The notes under the pieces were generated by a model. The model did not search any database. It saw only the letters and a list, made by a program, of their open reading frames with translations, and was not told the origin of the DNA. Below, piece by piece: positions 51,094 to 61,891 of a stretch of DNA of 64,000 nt. Positions within the stretch are counted from its first letter, which is position 1. Each line of letters starts with the position of its first letter. This DNA is from Candidatus Poribacteria bacterium (lineage in GTDB: Bacteria > Poribacteria > WGA-4E > PCPOR2b), in assembly GCA_965208325.1 (NCBI GenBank), contig OZ242326.1, positions 320,001-384,000 of the forward strand, given 5' to 3'. The translations under genes were made by a program, and so were the position numbers.

Positions 51094-51118
51094 CTTTAAT
51101 CGACGCTAGGAGTGAACC

Positions 51119-52498
51119 ATGAGCAACCAAAACCAAGTCAACCGTCGCCAATTTTTGAGTTGTGCGTTCGCCGGATGTCTGACAAGTGTGCTTGGTCCCT
51201 TTGCAAAATTGTCTCTTGCGGCAGAACTCTTTGCAGGACACCCGTTGGCACCCAAATTGACGCATCATCCCGCGAAAGCCAAAAATCTTATCTTCGTTTT
51301 TCTAACTGGCGGATTCGCTCATGTCGACACTTTTGACTATAAACCGAAGCTGCAGAGCGATCACGGCAAGGAAATTCCGGCCTGGGGCACCCAAAAACCG
51401 CTTATGGGATCGCCGTTTGAATTCCAGCCATACGGTGAGTCAGGGCTAATGATTAGCGAACTATTCCCAAATCTGGGAGGTATGGCAGACGAACTATGCA
51501 TCATTAAAAGCCTGCACACCGATATCGTTGAGCATTTTCAAGCGACCCTTGCCATGCACACAGGATCGGCGACCATACCGATGCCTAGTATCGGAGCTTG
51601 GCTAAGTTACGGTTTGGGCACGCAAAATCAGAACCTGCCGTCATACATGGTTTTGTGCGAAAACATACCCTATGCGGGGTCGCAGGTATGGGATAATCAT
51701 TTTCTTCCGCCGCTGCATCAAGGTGTGCGAATACAACCTGGCGATGAGCCGGTAGCAAATCTGAAATCGAAATCTCAAGCGGTAACGCTTAAAGAACTCG
51801 AGCGCATCATGCTGCGAGACATTAATAAAATCCACGTCCGTGAGCGTCCTGGAGATATGGAACTGCTCGCACGAATGAACGCCAACGACACCGCAGTTGG
51901 AATGATGCAAACCGCTCCAATGGTGTTCGATCTCACCCGAGAGAACGATGCGACATTCGATTTGTATGGGTTGACGCGCGGAGACAACAGCTCATTCGCG
52001 TGGCAGTGCCTCGTTGCACGTCGCCTGGTGGAAAACGGGGTCCGCGTCGTGGAGCTCATCGACACCGGAGCCACTAACAACTGGGATGCGCACGGGAATA
52101 TGCAAGATCACCGTCCGAAGGCGGAACGCGTAGATCGCCCGCTCGCTGCGTTAATCAGGGATTTGAAGGATCGTGGAATGCTTGATGAAACGCTTATCGC
52201 TATTTGCACGGAATTCGGACGCACCCCGTTTTCAAATAATATGGCAGGACGCGAACATCATGCTAGCGCCTTCTCATGTCTGCTCGCGGGTGCCGGCGTC
52301 CAGGGCGGAACAACTTACGGCGAATCAGATGACTACGGCGTTGAGATTGCTTCTCAACCCTGTCACGTCCACGACTACCACGCCACCATCCTGCACCTGA
52401 TGGGCATTGACCACACAAAATTGACATACCGTTATGCGGGTCGAGATTTCCGCTTAACAGATGTGAGCGGAAATGTCCTCCAAGAAGTTCTGGCTTGA
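51119..52498 (+). CDS. DUF1501 domain protein (Tat-like signal)
   Basis: NRRQFL, DTFDYKP, WDAH, EFGRTP, RLTDVSG. Confidence 0.92.
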   Translation: MSNQNQVNRRQFLSCAFAGCLTSVLGPFAKLSLAAELFAGHPLAPKLTHHPAKAKNLIFVFLTGGFAHVDTFDYKPKLQSDHGKEIPAWGTQKPLMGSPFEFQPYGESGLMISELFPNLGGMADELCIIKSLHTDIVEHFQATLAMHTGSATIPMPSIGAWLSYGLGTQNQNLPSYMVLCENIPYAGSQVWDNHFLPPLHQGVRIQPGDEPVANLKSKSQAVTLKELERIMLRDINKIHVRERPGDMELLARMNANDTAVGMMQTAPMVFDLTRENDATFDLYGLTRGDNSSFAWQCLVARRLVENGVRVVELIDTGATNNWDAHGNMQDHRPKAERVDRPLAALIRDLKDRGMLDETLIAICTEFGRTPFSNNMAGREHHASAFSCLLAGAGVQGGTTYGESDDYGVEIASQPCHVHDYHATILHLMGIDHTKLTYRYAGRDFRLTDVSGNVLQEVLA

Positions 52499-52552
52499 TT
52501 TCGGGTGTAGTTGTTGCGGCCTTAATCGCCTTTTTGCGTTCCGCTGCAAGTG

Positions 52553-53953
52553 CTACGCAAACTGGCGAAAGACGGTATAACTGGCGAGAGCGACCATGAT
52601 GAGAAAGCATATCCACAGTATGGAGTCGGCCTTCCACGTTGGTCTGATATGGCGGTTTACGTGGGTATAGCGCAGGAAGATGGTGCTGCCGGCAACGATC
52701 GGCATCATTATTGCCGCAATTGTGCCGCTTATCGTGAGCATCCAGACAGGGTTTTCAATAAAGAAATAGCACAACGCCATGATCATGGGGGAAACTACAG
52801 CCCAGATTCGCATGACCCGCACACGGCCCCGATAGTCATCGGGATTAACCACGCCCAATACACCCATCGCGTCAGCAACCATGCGTGTACCCCCTGCTAG
52901 CGCTGAAACCACGGTAGAGAACAATACAAAGAATGCCCCCAATAGGAATAACCACGCCGCCCATTCACCCAACGTTTGAGTATACACGTGGGACAGGATG
53001 CTGATCGTGTCGAGGCCATTCGGTACGGTTTCCATTTGATGCAACACACCCGCACCCAACATATAAAAGGGCACTGTCGCACACGTCAACACTCCCAATG
53101 TCAGCAATACATCAGCCTGCATGACCCGTATCCAGCCGCGCGCGCGGCGAATCCATTCCGGACTATCTTCAGTCGGCCCTGCGAAACGGGCATAACCCTT
53201 CTCGACGCACCAATACGTATAGGACATTGACTCCCCCGCAGTCACCCCGGTGGCGCCGTATGCTCCCAGCGCGGCAGCCACTGCGTAAGCTGGGAACTGA
53301 AATTGTAAGCCAGCGCCCACATCGCCCCAGGTAATCGCATATGGCGTGAATTGCAACATGACAGCGCACGCCAGCGTGAGAATAGTAAAGGTTGCAACCA
53401 TAAAGGTCATCAACTTTTCTAGGAAACGATAGGTGCCGCTCAGAATCAGAACCACCGCTAGTGCGGCAAAAATTATCGTCCACCATTTCGATGCGAGAAA
53501 TGGAAACGCCATGTGAACCGCCTGCCCTACCCCGCCGTAGACGCCGCCGCCGCCTAAATGCGCCGGGATTTGCTGGAACATCCATAACCAGATAAACCAT
53601 GAAATCGTCTTTCGAGGTCCCGGTAGTTTGCCCGGCAATCGATTAAAGGCGTGCAGCACCGTCTCGCCGGAAGAAACCGTATAACGCCCCAGCTCTGCCT
53701 GGACAATACTCTTTCCCCAACTGCTTACCAGCATCCACCAGAACATCACGAATCCAACGGTTGCGCCGAGTGTCGTTGTCATGATAATCTCACCGGAGCC
53801 AACTACGGTGCCTACCAAGATTAACCCCGGTCCGAGAAACTTTAGCGTATTCCATAACCCGGCGGGCGGTTCTCTAGCGTCTTCATGATGGCGAGTATAA
53901 GGATCTATGTTGAGATTCTGCCTAGATGGTTTAGGTTCCTCATTTTGTGGCAT
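52553..53953 (-). CDS. Nramp-family divalent metal transporter-like protein
   Basis: LGPGLI..VGSGE, about 11 TM segments, YTYWCVEKGY. Confidence 0.8.
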   Translation of the reverse strand: MPQNEEPKPSRQNLNIDPYTRHHEDAREPPAGLWNTLKFLGPGLILVGTVVGSGEIIMTTTLGATVGFVMFWWMLVSSWGKSIVQAELGRYTVSSGETVLHAFNRLPGKLPGPRKTISWFIWLWMFQQIPAHLGGGGVYGGVGQAVHMAFPFLASKWWTIIFAALAVVLILSGTYRFLEKLMTFMVATFTILTLACAVMLQFTPYAITWGDVGAGLQFQFPAYAVAAALGAYGATGVTAGESMSYTYWCVEKGYARFAGPTEDSPEWIRRARGWIRVMQADVLLTLGVLTCATVPFYMLGAGVLHQMETVPNGLDTISILSHVYTQTLGEWAAWLFLLGAFFVLFSTVVSALAGGTRMVADAMGVLGVVNPDDYRGRVRVMRIWAVVSPMIMALCYFFIENPVWMLTISGTIAAIMMPIVAGSTIFLRYTHVNRHIRPTWKADSILWICFLIMVALASYTVFRQFA

Positions 53954-54040
53954 TTGCCAGTACCGCAGTTGGTAAGTTCTGTGATATACGTCTATTGGAT
54001 AAAAAGTATATGCAAACGTGAGGTTTCAATCTTCACAAAC

Positions 54041-56632
54041 TCATCCCATAGACGCCAATTCCAACTGATCCTTCCATAAAATTTGCAACATTGCTTTTAA
54101 TGCTTGGTGCTCTGCTCTCTTCAGTGTCGGATCGGACTTTGTGAGTAACGCCGCCTCGGATTTTGCAAGCTCAAGCAGTGGGGCATCTCTAATAATATTG
54201 GCAATTTTGAAATCCGGAAGTCCGGATTGCCGTGTCCCAAAAAATTCACCCGGTCCCCGAATTCGCAGGTCTTCCTCTGCAAGCTCAAATCCGTCGTTGG
54301 TCAGTGTCATTGCTTTGATTCGGCTCACACTATCTTCACCTTTCGGATTGGCAATGAGGTAACAGGAGGATTTGTGTTTGCCGCGTCCAACGCGGCCGCG
54401 CAACTGATGCAATTGCGCTAAACCGAACCGTTCAGCATTTTCAATCACCATTATCGTGGCGTTAGGGCAATCGATTCCGACTTCAATGACCGTTGTTGAC
54501 ACCAAAACATCAATTAGCCGATGCTTCAGGTGAAACATCACCTCCTGTTTCTCGGCTGATTTCATCCGTCCGTGTAAAAGCCCGACTCGTAGGTGAGGGA
54601 AGACGTTGTTTTGGAAGTGTTCCGCCATTTCCGTAGCAGCTTTTGTATCTTCAAGTTTGTCTGACTCTTCAACGAGCGGATACACGATGTAAGCCTGCCT
54701 CCCGCGCCGAATTTCGGTCTCGATTTGCGCGTACAGTTGGCTGCGGTTTTTCTCTTTCACCCATTTCGTGGCAATCTCACGCCGTCCAAGCGGCATTTCA
54801 TCTATTACCGAGACGTTTAAGTCGCCATAGACTGTCAATGCAAGCGTTCGCGGAATGGGCGTGGCTGTCATAACAAGTACATCGGGAGTATTTCCTTTGT
54901 CCCGCAGCGTCGCCCGCTGCAAAACGCCGAAGCGGTGCTGCTCATCTATGATGACGAGGCCTAGATGGTGAAATTCAACACCCTCTTGGATTAGGGCGTG
55001 CGTTCCAACTACGATATGCGCTGAACCATCCGCGGTGGCAGCGAGGACCGCTTCACGTTCTTTCTTGGGAAGTTCGCTTTTGAGCAACACGACGTTTAAG
55101 TTCATGGGTTTGAGTAGTTCGGTTAAGTTGTATGCGTGTTGCTCGGCTAGAATCTCCGTAGGTACCATGATTGTACCTTGGTACCCGCTCTGGATGGCGC
55201 ACAGCAGCGCCATAACGGCAACGATGGTCTTACCGGACCCGACATCTCCTTGGAGCAACCGATTCATAGCTTGAGCAATGCTCATGTCGCTTTTGATTTC
55301 CGCAATGACTCGTTCTTGCGCTTGAGTCAATTGGAACGGAAGAGAATCGAAAAATTTTCGAATGAGGTCACCTTCAACTTGGAAGGCAATCCCTTTTTCT
55401 TTCGTCTCCCATCGCCGCTTTTTTAGTTCAAGCCCTACTTCCAGCAGTAAGAATTCCTCAAAAACAAGCCGTCTTCGCGCAGCTTTGAGTGATGGTTCCG
55501 AGGTCGGAAAATGGATTTCACCAATCGCGGGACGCCGATCCAACAACCTATGTTTCCGGCGGAGGTCTAATGGGAGAATTTCGGGACACCGCTCTAAGTT
55601 TTCATCAAGTACGCTTTTAACCCATTGGCGGAGCATGCGTTGAGTGAGATTAGCCGTTAGCGGGTATTTCGGCACGATTCGACCGGTGTGAATCAGGTCG
55701 GCATCCGCATCGTCAAGTATTTCGACTTCAAAGTCGGTCGTCTGAATCTCATTGTTTCGACGAGCGAATTTCCCGCTCACGACCACCCGAGTACCGATTT
55801 TCAACATGTGCTTGAGATAAGTAATTCGACGCCCAAAACCCACAAGCATCGCCACTCCCGTATTATCGTAGACGGCAAATTTACCGACCGGCTTTGCGCC
55901 GCGTCGGCGCGGGGTAAATTGTGTCCGATTGACAACTTTCCCTTGAATTGTCTCGTGTCCATCCGCCCGCCCAACATCATAGATTGACCGAAACTGACTC
56001 CGATTCAGATAGGCCCTTGGGTAGTGTTGCAATAAATCCCCAACCGTATGAATATCGAGTTCTGATGCGAGTTTCGCTGCGCGCCGCGGGCCGATGCCCT
56101 TTGAGCGCTCAATTGATGTCCGTAGAAAATTTAGTGAAGAAGAGTCGGTCGAAGCGGGTGCATCTGCAATCGTGGCTTCTAAAGTAGAGAATTCTGCCTG
56201 AATCTCAGCGCTCGCCGCTGGTGAAGAAACGTCTGAAATATCAAAAAGTGGATTTGGAATTTTGGACGGTACTCCATCAGCTGGAGGTAGCGGTTCGGCG
56301 GCGTTCGGGCTAGATTGCGACAGGGCGTAATCTTCGGCCAAGGACGTTGCCGTCGGCGTTTCGCCCAGCATCTGCTTTATCTGCTGTGTAGCGTTATGGA
56401 TTACGTCAAGCCGCTTTGCCGGTGACAATACCGCATAATCCGCAAACATATTCTCCATCGCGTTTAGCGACTTCTCTTGAGCCGGATTAAGCGTCAAGGT
56501 GCGGGCCTTTTCCACCCAAATGGACACATAATTTCCAAGACCGTTAACCGCCGCGTCATTCTTACACCCGTTGCGGTTTTCCTGTTGGAATGGGCGGCAA
56601 ATTGTCCTTAGTATTTCGGCAAGTTCATTCAT
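54041..56632 (-). CDS. recG: ATP-dependent DNA helicase RecG with N-terminal extension
   Basis: QGDVGSGKT, DEQHRFG, MTATPIPRT, QLRGRVGR, RGPGEFFG. Confidence 0.96.
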   Translation of the reverse strand: MNELAEILRTICRPFQQENRNGCKNDAAVNGLGNYVSIWVEKARTLTLNPAQEKSLNAMENMFADYAVLSPAKRLDVIHNATQQIKQMLGETPTATSLAEDYALSQSSPNAAEPLPPADGVPSKIPNPLFDISDVSSPAASAEIQAEFSTLEATIADAPASTDSSSLNFLRTSIERSKGIGPRRAAKLASELDIHTVGDLLQHYPRAYLNRSQFRSIYDVGRADGHETIQGKVVNRTQFTPRRRGAKPVGKFAVYDNTGVAMLVGFGRRITYLKHMLKIGTRVVVSGKFARRNNEIQTTDFEVEILDDADADLIHTGRIVPKYPLTANLTQRMLRQWVKSVLDENLERCPEILPLDLRRKHRLLDRRPAIGEIHFPTSEPSLKAARRRLVFEEFLLLEVGLELKKRRWETKEKGIAFQVEGDLIRKFFDSLPFQLTQAQERVIAEIKSDMSIAQAMNRLLQGDVGSGKTIVAVMALLCAIQSGYQGTIMVPTEILAEQHAYNLTELLKPMNLNVVLLKSELPKKEREAVLAATADGSAHIVVGTHALIQEGVEFHHLGLVIIDEQHRFGVLQRATLRDKGNTPDVLVMTATPIPRTLALTVYGDLNVSVIDEMPLGRREIATKWVKEKNRSQLYAQIETEIRRGRQAYIVYPLVEESDKLEDTKAATEMAEHFQNNVFPHLRVGLLHGRMKSAEKQEVMFHLKHRLIDVLVSTTVIEVGIDCPNATIMVIENAERFGLAQLHQLRGRVGRGKHKSSCYLIANPKGEDSVSRIKAMTLTNDGFELAEEDLRIRGPGEFFGTRQSGLPDFKIANIIRDAPLLELAKSEAALLTKSDPTLKRAEHQALKAMLQILWKDQLELASMG

Positions 56633-57029
56633 ATTGTTTGAATCACGGTTGCAAGTTTGGACAAATCAATTGGGTGGATACTACCGGTTGGTTTCATACA
56701 CCCCTATTTCTTAGCAAACAAGCGGCTGTTAACATTTTGTAGTTTAATTGATAATAGCGATTCGCTTACATTATACACCAATGTGTACTCAACTCAACAA
56801 GCATAATCAGGTAGAACGAGGTCGAACAGTGTTTACCTCGCGGTGAAAATCCGCCGTTACGAACTGAAGCGCAGCGGTTTTTCAAGTATTTCAAAAATAC
56901 AGATGATAATTTCTTCCCAATTTTGGAAAACTATTATATACTATCATTATTTCTTGATGTACCAAAAAATCTATCGCCTGTTTTTTTGCTTAATTTTTAT
57001 TATTGCTTGTTTTATTAGGAGAAAATACT

Positions 57030-59723
57030 ATGCGTGAGAGTTACACAAGACACAATGGGACCAAAACTACAACTTCGTTTTTCATGTTTGCCCTATTAAT
57101 ATGCCTAAATTCCTTTTTTCTGTGGAAAACCGATGCGCAAGTCAAACTTGAACCAATTCCCGCACCTGATGGCTCAAAATATACTTTTGAGCGTATTAGC
57201 GTCGAGGGTGTAGATTTCTTGGCGCTGGCGGCGAGCAGCGACTTTGAAGATTTCGCGGGCTACACGAAAAGTGATGACGGCGAAAAAAACGTAGCCTTTA
57301 CACTCATTGACGGCGTTTTAAAGAAGTACGACTTCCCCGGCGCGAAAAACACGTATTTCTTCGCACTCGGAAATAATGGGATTGCCGCGGGGCATTACGA
57401 AGATAGCGGCGGGCTTTTCCATGGGGTTATTTTAGAGAATGGCGAGTGGCAGGAATACGACTTCCCGAATTCTGTTCAAACGGAGATTTATGGATATAGT
57501 GATTCAACGGGCGCACTGACGGGTAATTTTACGGACGAGTCTGGTGTTCGCCGTGGATTCTCTGGAGAGACTATTGTTGAGTTCCCGGGGGCTTTGGAAA
57601 CGTACGCCGATTTTGTAAGCGGACTTGGAAATATCGTGGGCAGCTACGTAGATACTGAAGGCGAATATCATGCGTACCTGCGCGGTCCTGGAGGTAGTTT
57701 TGCAACACTGGATACGCCAGAAGTCCCAAACCAGGAATACTTTTATCTGCACGGTATCAACGATTCACTGGTTGCCGTTGGCAGAGCGAAATCGGAGGAT
57801 GGCGTCCCGCTCACCTTTGTCGGCAACCCCGTCGCACTGCAAGGATTTGGGGTTCCGGGCGCCGTTAGCACGGAAGGTTGGAACATCAATCAGGATAGTT
57901 CTGTCGTCGGACACTATGACTCCGCCGATGGACGCCGACACGGCTTTATCGCCAGACCCTTACAGCCGACCGCTGTGCGGCCGCCGCCTGACCTGAACTA
58001 TACGTTTGAAAGCATTGATGTTCCCGGTGTAGAGTTTTTGGCGGTTACGGCGAGTAGCGACTTTGGAGATTACGCCGGCAACTTTCGGAGAGCTGTTGAT
58101 GGAAAAGATGTCGGCTTTACACTCATCAAGGGGGAATTTAAAGACTATGATTTCCCCGACTCGCAGGGCACCTATTTCTATGCACTCGGTAATGATGGGA
58201 CCGCTGCCGGACACTACCAAGATAGTGAGGGACTGTACCACGGAGTGGTATTGGAAAATGGGGAACTTCGAGAATGGCGTTTTCAGGATGCCGTTCAAAC
58301 GGAGATATACGGTTTCAGTGATAGAACCAAGGCACTGACTGGTAGTTTTGTAGATGCTTCCGGTGTTCGCCGCGGGTTTTCAGGAGATATAGTCGTCGAA
58401 CGCCCAGGGGCATCGGCAACATACGCCGATTTTGTGAGCTGGACGGGAAATATCGTGGGCAGCTACGTGGATACAAAAGGCGTGTATCATGCATACATGC
58501 GTAGTCCGGTGGGCAGATTTCTATCTATCGACCTTCCGAACGCACTAAATTTGGAATACTTTTTTCTCCACGGTCTCAACAGGGCAAGGACTGTTGTTGG
58601 CAGAGCCAAAGCGGTGGGTGATGTCCCGCGTACCTATGTTGGCAGCCCGCTCAATCTACAGGAATTGCATTTTCCGGGCAGCGTTAGCACGGAAGGGTGG
58701 AATATTAACGAGGATGGTTCAGTCGTTGGGCACTATGACTCGGCCGATGGGCGTAGACACGGATTTGTCGCAAGACTCGGCACTAAGGAAGAGAGCGATT
58801 ATTTCAGCAATACGTATAATGTCACGCTAACTACAGGGTTGAACATGATTTCAGTTCCGTTGGCACCCACTGCGGCGATGAACGCAAAGTCGCTTGCCGC
58901 GCTGACTGGTTCGACAATCGTCATTACTATTGACGCAACGAACCAACGTTTCGTCGCATGGACGCAAAGCGCACCGGATGTCGGTTTTTCGATTGAAGGC
59001 GGAGGCGGCTATATCGTCAATGTTCCGCAAACCCGCAGCTTCGCGTTCGTCGGCGCACCCTGGACAAGTCAACCGGAGTTGACAGCGGCGCCGCCCGCCA
59101 TTTCCGTTAATTCGACCCAGCATAAGCAGGCATGGGCGTTCGTCGTTAGCGGGCACCTCGAAGGTGTGCCGTCGTTTGACGGCTATCAGGTGTCCGTCCG
59201 CAACCTGAGAACAAACAGCACTATAACTACGCCAGTGCAAGGCAATTACTTCGCTGCTGCCACCGCGGATTTGGCGCGCCAAAGCGTTGTCCAAGTCGGA
59301 GATGTGGTGGAAGTTCACGTCATCGGTCCGAGTGGCAATGTTGAGTCACCGACCCTCGACTACAGAGTAACCCCTGAGCACTTGGCAGACGCCGTAATGT
59401 CTGTGAGGCTCGACAGCATTGGCAGACCGAAGCTAACCCAGCTATTGCAGAACTACCCGAATCCGTTCAACCCGGAGACGTGGATTCCGTATCAACTCGC
59501 GGAAGACAGTACCGTGACGGTATCCATTTATGATACAACGGGTACGTTAATTCGCAGCCTTCCACTCGGTTTGCAGCCAGCGGGATTCTACAATAGCCGG
59601 CACCGCGCCGCTTACTGGGATGGACGAAATGCCCTTGGGGAACGCGTTGCGAGCGGTACGTATTTGTACCAGTTGACGACGCCATCCTACCATCAAACAC
59701 GGCGGCTGGTTATAATAAAGTAA
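57030..59723 (+). CDS. Secreted protein, two propeller-like repeat domains + T9SS/FlgD-like C-terminal domain
   Basis: Signal peptide, internal duplication of about 270 aa, LLQNYPNPFNPETWIPYQL...YWDGRN; start 57030 after AGGAG. Confidence 0.85.
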   Translation: MRESYTRHNGTKTTTSFFMFALLICLNSFFLWKTDAQVKLEPIPAPDGSKYTFERISVEGVDFLALAASSDFEDFAGYTKSDDGEKNVAFTLIDGVLKKYDFPGAKNTYFFALGNNGIAAGHYEDSGGLFHGVILENGEWQEYDFPNSVQTEIYGYSDSTGALTGNFTDESGVRRGFSGETIVEFPGALETYADFVSGLGNIVGSYVDTEGEYHAYLRGPGGSFATLDTPEVPNQEYFYLHGINDSLVAVGRAKSEDGVPLTFVGNPVALQGFGVPGAVSTEGWNINQDSSVVGHYDSADGRRHGFIARPLQPTAVRPPPDLNYTFESIDVPGVEFLAVTASSDFGDYAGNFRRAVDGKDVGFTLIKGEFKDYDFPDSQGTYFYALGNDGTAAGHYQDSEGLYHGVVLENGELREWRFQDAVQTEIYGFSDRTKALTGSFVDASGVRRGFSGDIVVERPGASATYADFVSWTGNIVGSYVDTKGVYHAYMRSPVGRFLSIDLPNALNLEYFFLHGLNRARTVVGRAKAVGDVPRTYVGSPLNLQELHFPGSVSTEGWNINEDGSVVGHYDSADGRRHGFVARLGTKEESDYFSNTYNVTLTTGLNMISVPLAPTAAMNAKSLAALTGSTIVITIDATNQRFVAWTQSAPDVGFSIEGGGGYIVNVPQTRSFAFVGAPWTSQPELTAAPPAISVNSTQHKQAWAFVVSGHLEGVPSFDGYQVSVRNLRTNSTITTPVQGNYFAAATADLARQSVVQVGDVVEVHVIGPSGNVESPTLDYRVTPEHLADAVMSVRLDSIGRPKLTQLLQNYPNPFNPETWIPYQLAEDSTVTVSIYDTTGTLIRSLPLGLQPAGFYNSRHRAAYWDGRNALGERVASGTYLYQLTTPSYHQTRRLVIIK

Positions 59724-59833
59724 GGTCTTTCCGATACCAGCGAGCGTCACAGCCGCGAAATCTTCGCAGCCGTAATATGCCGTTAGGCGTAGAAACACGC
59801 CTACACTCTACGTACGTTATAATGAGGATAACT

Positions 59834-61669
59834 ATGGATCACCACAAAAAAGCGATTCCAACCTTGTTCATATTTTTAACGGTCTGTGTTTTGGGATTTG
59901 GCGTTGCACGGGTCCATGCAGAAATTCCGATAGCAGATTATTTCTTTGAAACTATAGAAGTCCCGGGTGTCGATTTTTTGGAAGTGGCTGCTAGCAACGA
60001 TTTCGGGGATTATGCAGGCAACACCCGCAGCCCCGATGGCGAGAAAATCGTCGGTTTCACATTGATTGACGGTGTTTTTAAAAGGTACCAGTTTCTAGGT
60101 GCTCTCAATACCTTCTTCTATGCACTCGACAACACCGGAAAAGCAGCCGGGCACTACAAAGATATAGATGGACTCTATCACGGCGTTATCTTAGAAGGTG
60201 GCGAACTGCGCCAATACGATTTTCCCGGTGCCGCTGAAACCCACATCTACGGCATCAGCGATGAAACGGGGGCTTTGAGCGGTAACATCGTAGATGAAGC
60301 AGGCACCACCCACGCTTTCTCGGGGGAACTGACCATTACATTCCCCGGTGCAGTCAACACCTATGGAGACTTTGTTAACGCCGCAGGGGCTGTGGTCGGC
60401 AGTTACATCGATGCAGATGGCATGTTTCATGGATTCATACGCCACCCGGACGGCAGTTTCACCACTATTGACCTTCCAACAATGCCGAATCTTAGATACC
60501 TATTCGTTAATACCATCACCGATTTCGGGGTTATCGGTTTCAGAGCCAAAGCTGCAAACGACATACTGCGTTCCTATATCCTCTTACCAGATGGCACCCT
60601 CTATGAAGTGCGCATCCCAGGTAGTGTTATCACTGTCGTCCGAAATGTTAATCAGGATGGAAGTATTGTCGGGTATTATGACTTAGCGGATGGACGTAGA
60701 CTCGGTTTCCTCGGTAGACCAAATACACAACCAGCCAGCGAAAGTTTCGGCAATATTTTTTCTATACACCTCTCTCAAGGTTTGAACATGCTGTCTGTGC
60801 CGCTGAAACCGACTGTCCACATGACAGCGCGCACGCTTGCAGTAAAGACAAACGCGACCACGGTCATTACACTTGATGCGGAAAACCAACAATTCGTCGG
60901 GTGGACCCTAGATGCACCGGACGACGGATTTTCCATCGAAGGGGGTAATGGGTACATCGTCAATCTACCAATGGCGCGCGACATAGTCTTCACGGGGACA
61001 GCGTGGACAAATCTAGCGGAGGCTGCACCTGCCATTCCCCCCTTGATAAGGGGGGACAGGGGGGTTGTCCAGGAAGCATGGGCGTTCGTTGTAACCGGGC
61101 ATTTGAACGGTAAACCGGCGTTTGACGGCTATCAGGTAATAGTCCGGAACCTCAGAACAAACAGCGCGATAACCGCACCGGTGCGGGGCAGCTACTTCGC
61201 CGCTGCAACCGCCGACTTGTCGCGGCGAAGCGTTGTGCAAATTGGAGATGAAATTGAAGTTCATGTCGTCGGTCCGGGCGGAGTTGTTGAATCTCAAACC
61301 CTAAGATATAAAGTTACCCGTGAACACTTGGCAAACGCCGTGATGTCTGTCAAACTTGACGGAATTGGTAAACCCAAACTGACGCGGTTATTGCAGAACT
61401 ATCCCAATCCGTTCAACCCGGAAACGTGGATTCCGTATCAACTTTCGGAAGACAGTCCTGTGACGGTATCAATTTATGATACAACAGGTAAGTTAATTCG
61501 CAGTCTTCCACTCGGTATTCAATCAGCGGGGTTTTACAATAGTCGAGACCGCGCCGCATATTGGGATGGACGTAATGCCGAGGGCGAACGCGTTGCGAGC
61601 GGCGCTTATTTCTACCAATTGACTACGCCGTCTTTCCATCAAACGCGTCAGCTTGTCATTATAAAATAG
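59834..61669 (+). CDS. Paralogue with one propeller-like domain + T9SS/FlgD-like C-terminal domain
   Basis: Same motifs; likely start 59834 after GAGG. Confidence 0.85.
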   Translation: MDHHKKAIPTLFIFLTVCVLGFGVARVHAEIPIADYFFETIEVPGVDFLEVAASNDFGDYAGNTRSPDGEKIVGFTLIDGVFKRYQFLGALNTFFYALDNTGKAAGHYKDIDGLYHGVILEGGELRQYDFPGAAETHIYGISDETGALSGNIVDEAGTTHAFSGELTITFPGAVNTYGDFVNAAGAVVGSYIDADGMFHGFIRHPDGSFTTIDLPTMPNLRYLFVNTITDFGVIGFRAKAANDILRSYILLPDGTLYEVRIPGSVITVVRNVNQDGSIVGYYDLADGRRLGFLGRPNTQPASESFGNIFSIHLSQGLNMLSVPLKPTVHMTARTLAVKTNATTVITLDAENQQFVGWTLDAPDDGFSIEGGNGYIVNLPMARDIVFTGTAWTNLAEAAPAIPPLIRGDRGVVQEAWAFVVTGHLNGKPAFDGYQVIVRNLRTNSAITAPVRGSYFAAATADLSRRSVVQIGDEIEVHVVGPGGVVESQTLRYKVTREHLANAVMSVKLDGIGKPKLTRLLQNYPNPFNPETWIPYQLSEDSPVTVSIYDTTGKLIRSLPLGIQSAGFYNSRDRAAYWDGRNAEGERVASGAYFYQLTTPSFHQTRQLVIIK

Positions 61670-61891
61670 AGTCACTTTTAGTCATTATGGTTTTTCTTCC
61701 ATTTATTGGTGAAGTGCCATATAATATCAGGAAATCAAAATCTTCGCAGAAATGGAACTCTGGTTTTAAAAATAAAATTATGAACTCAACCCTACAATGG
61801 TTCAAAAACTAGATTCACCTAACGATCCGTCAGAACGGACACAGTGTCCGTTTATCTTTGGAGCAAAATAATCTAAGCGAGGTTTTCTTTA

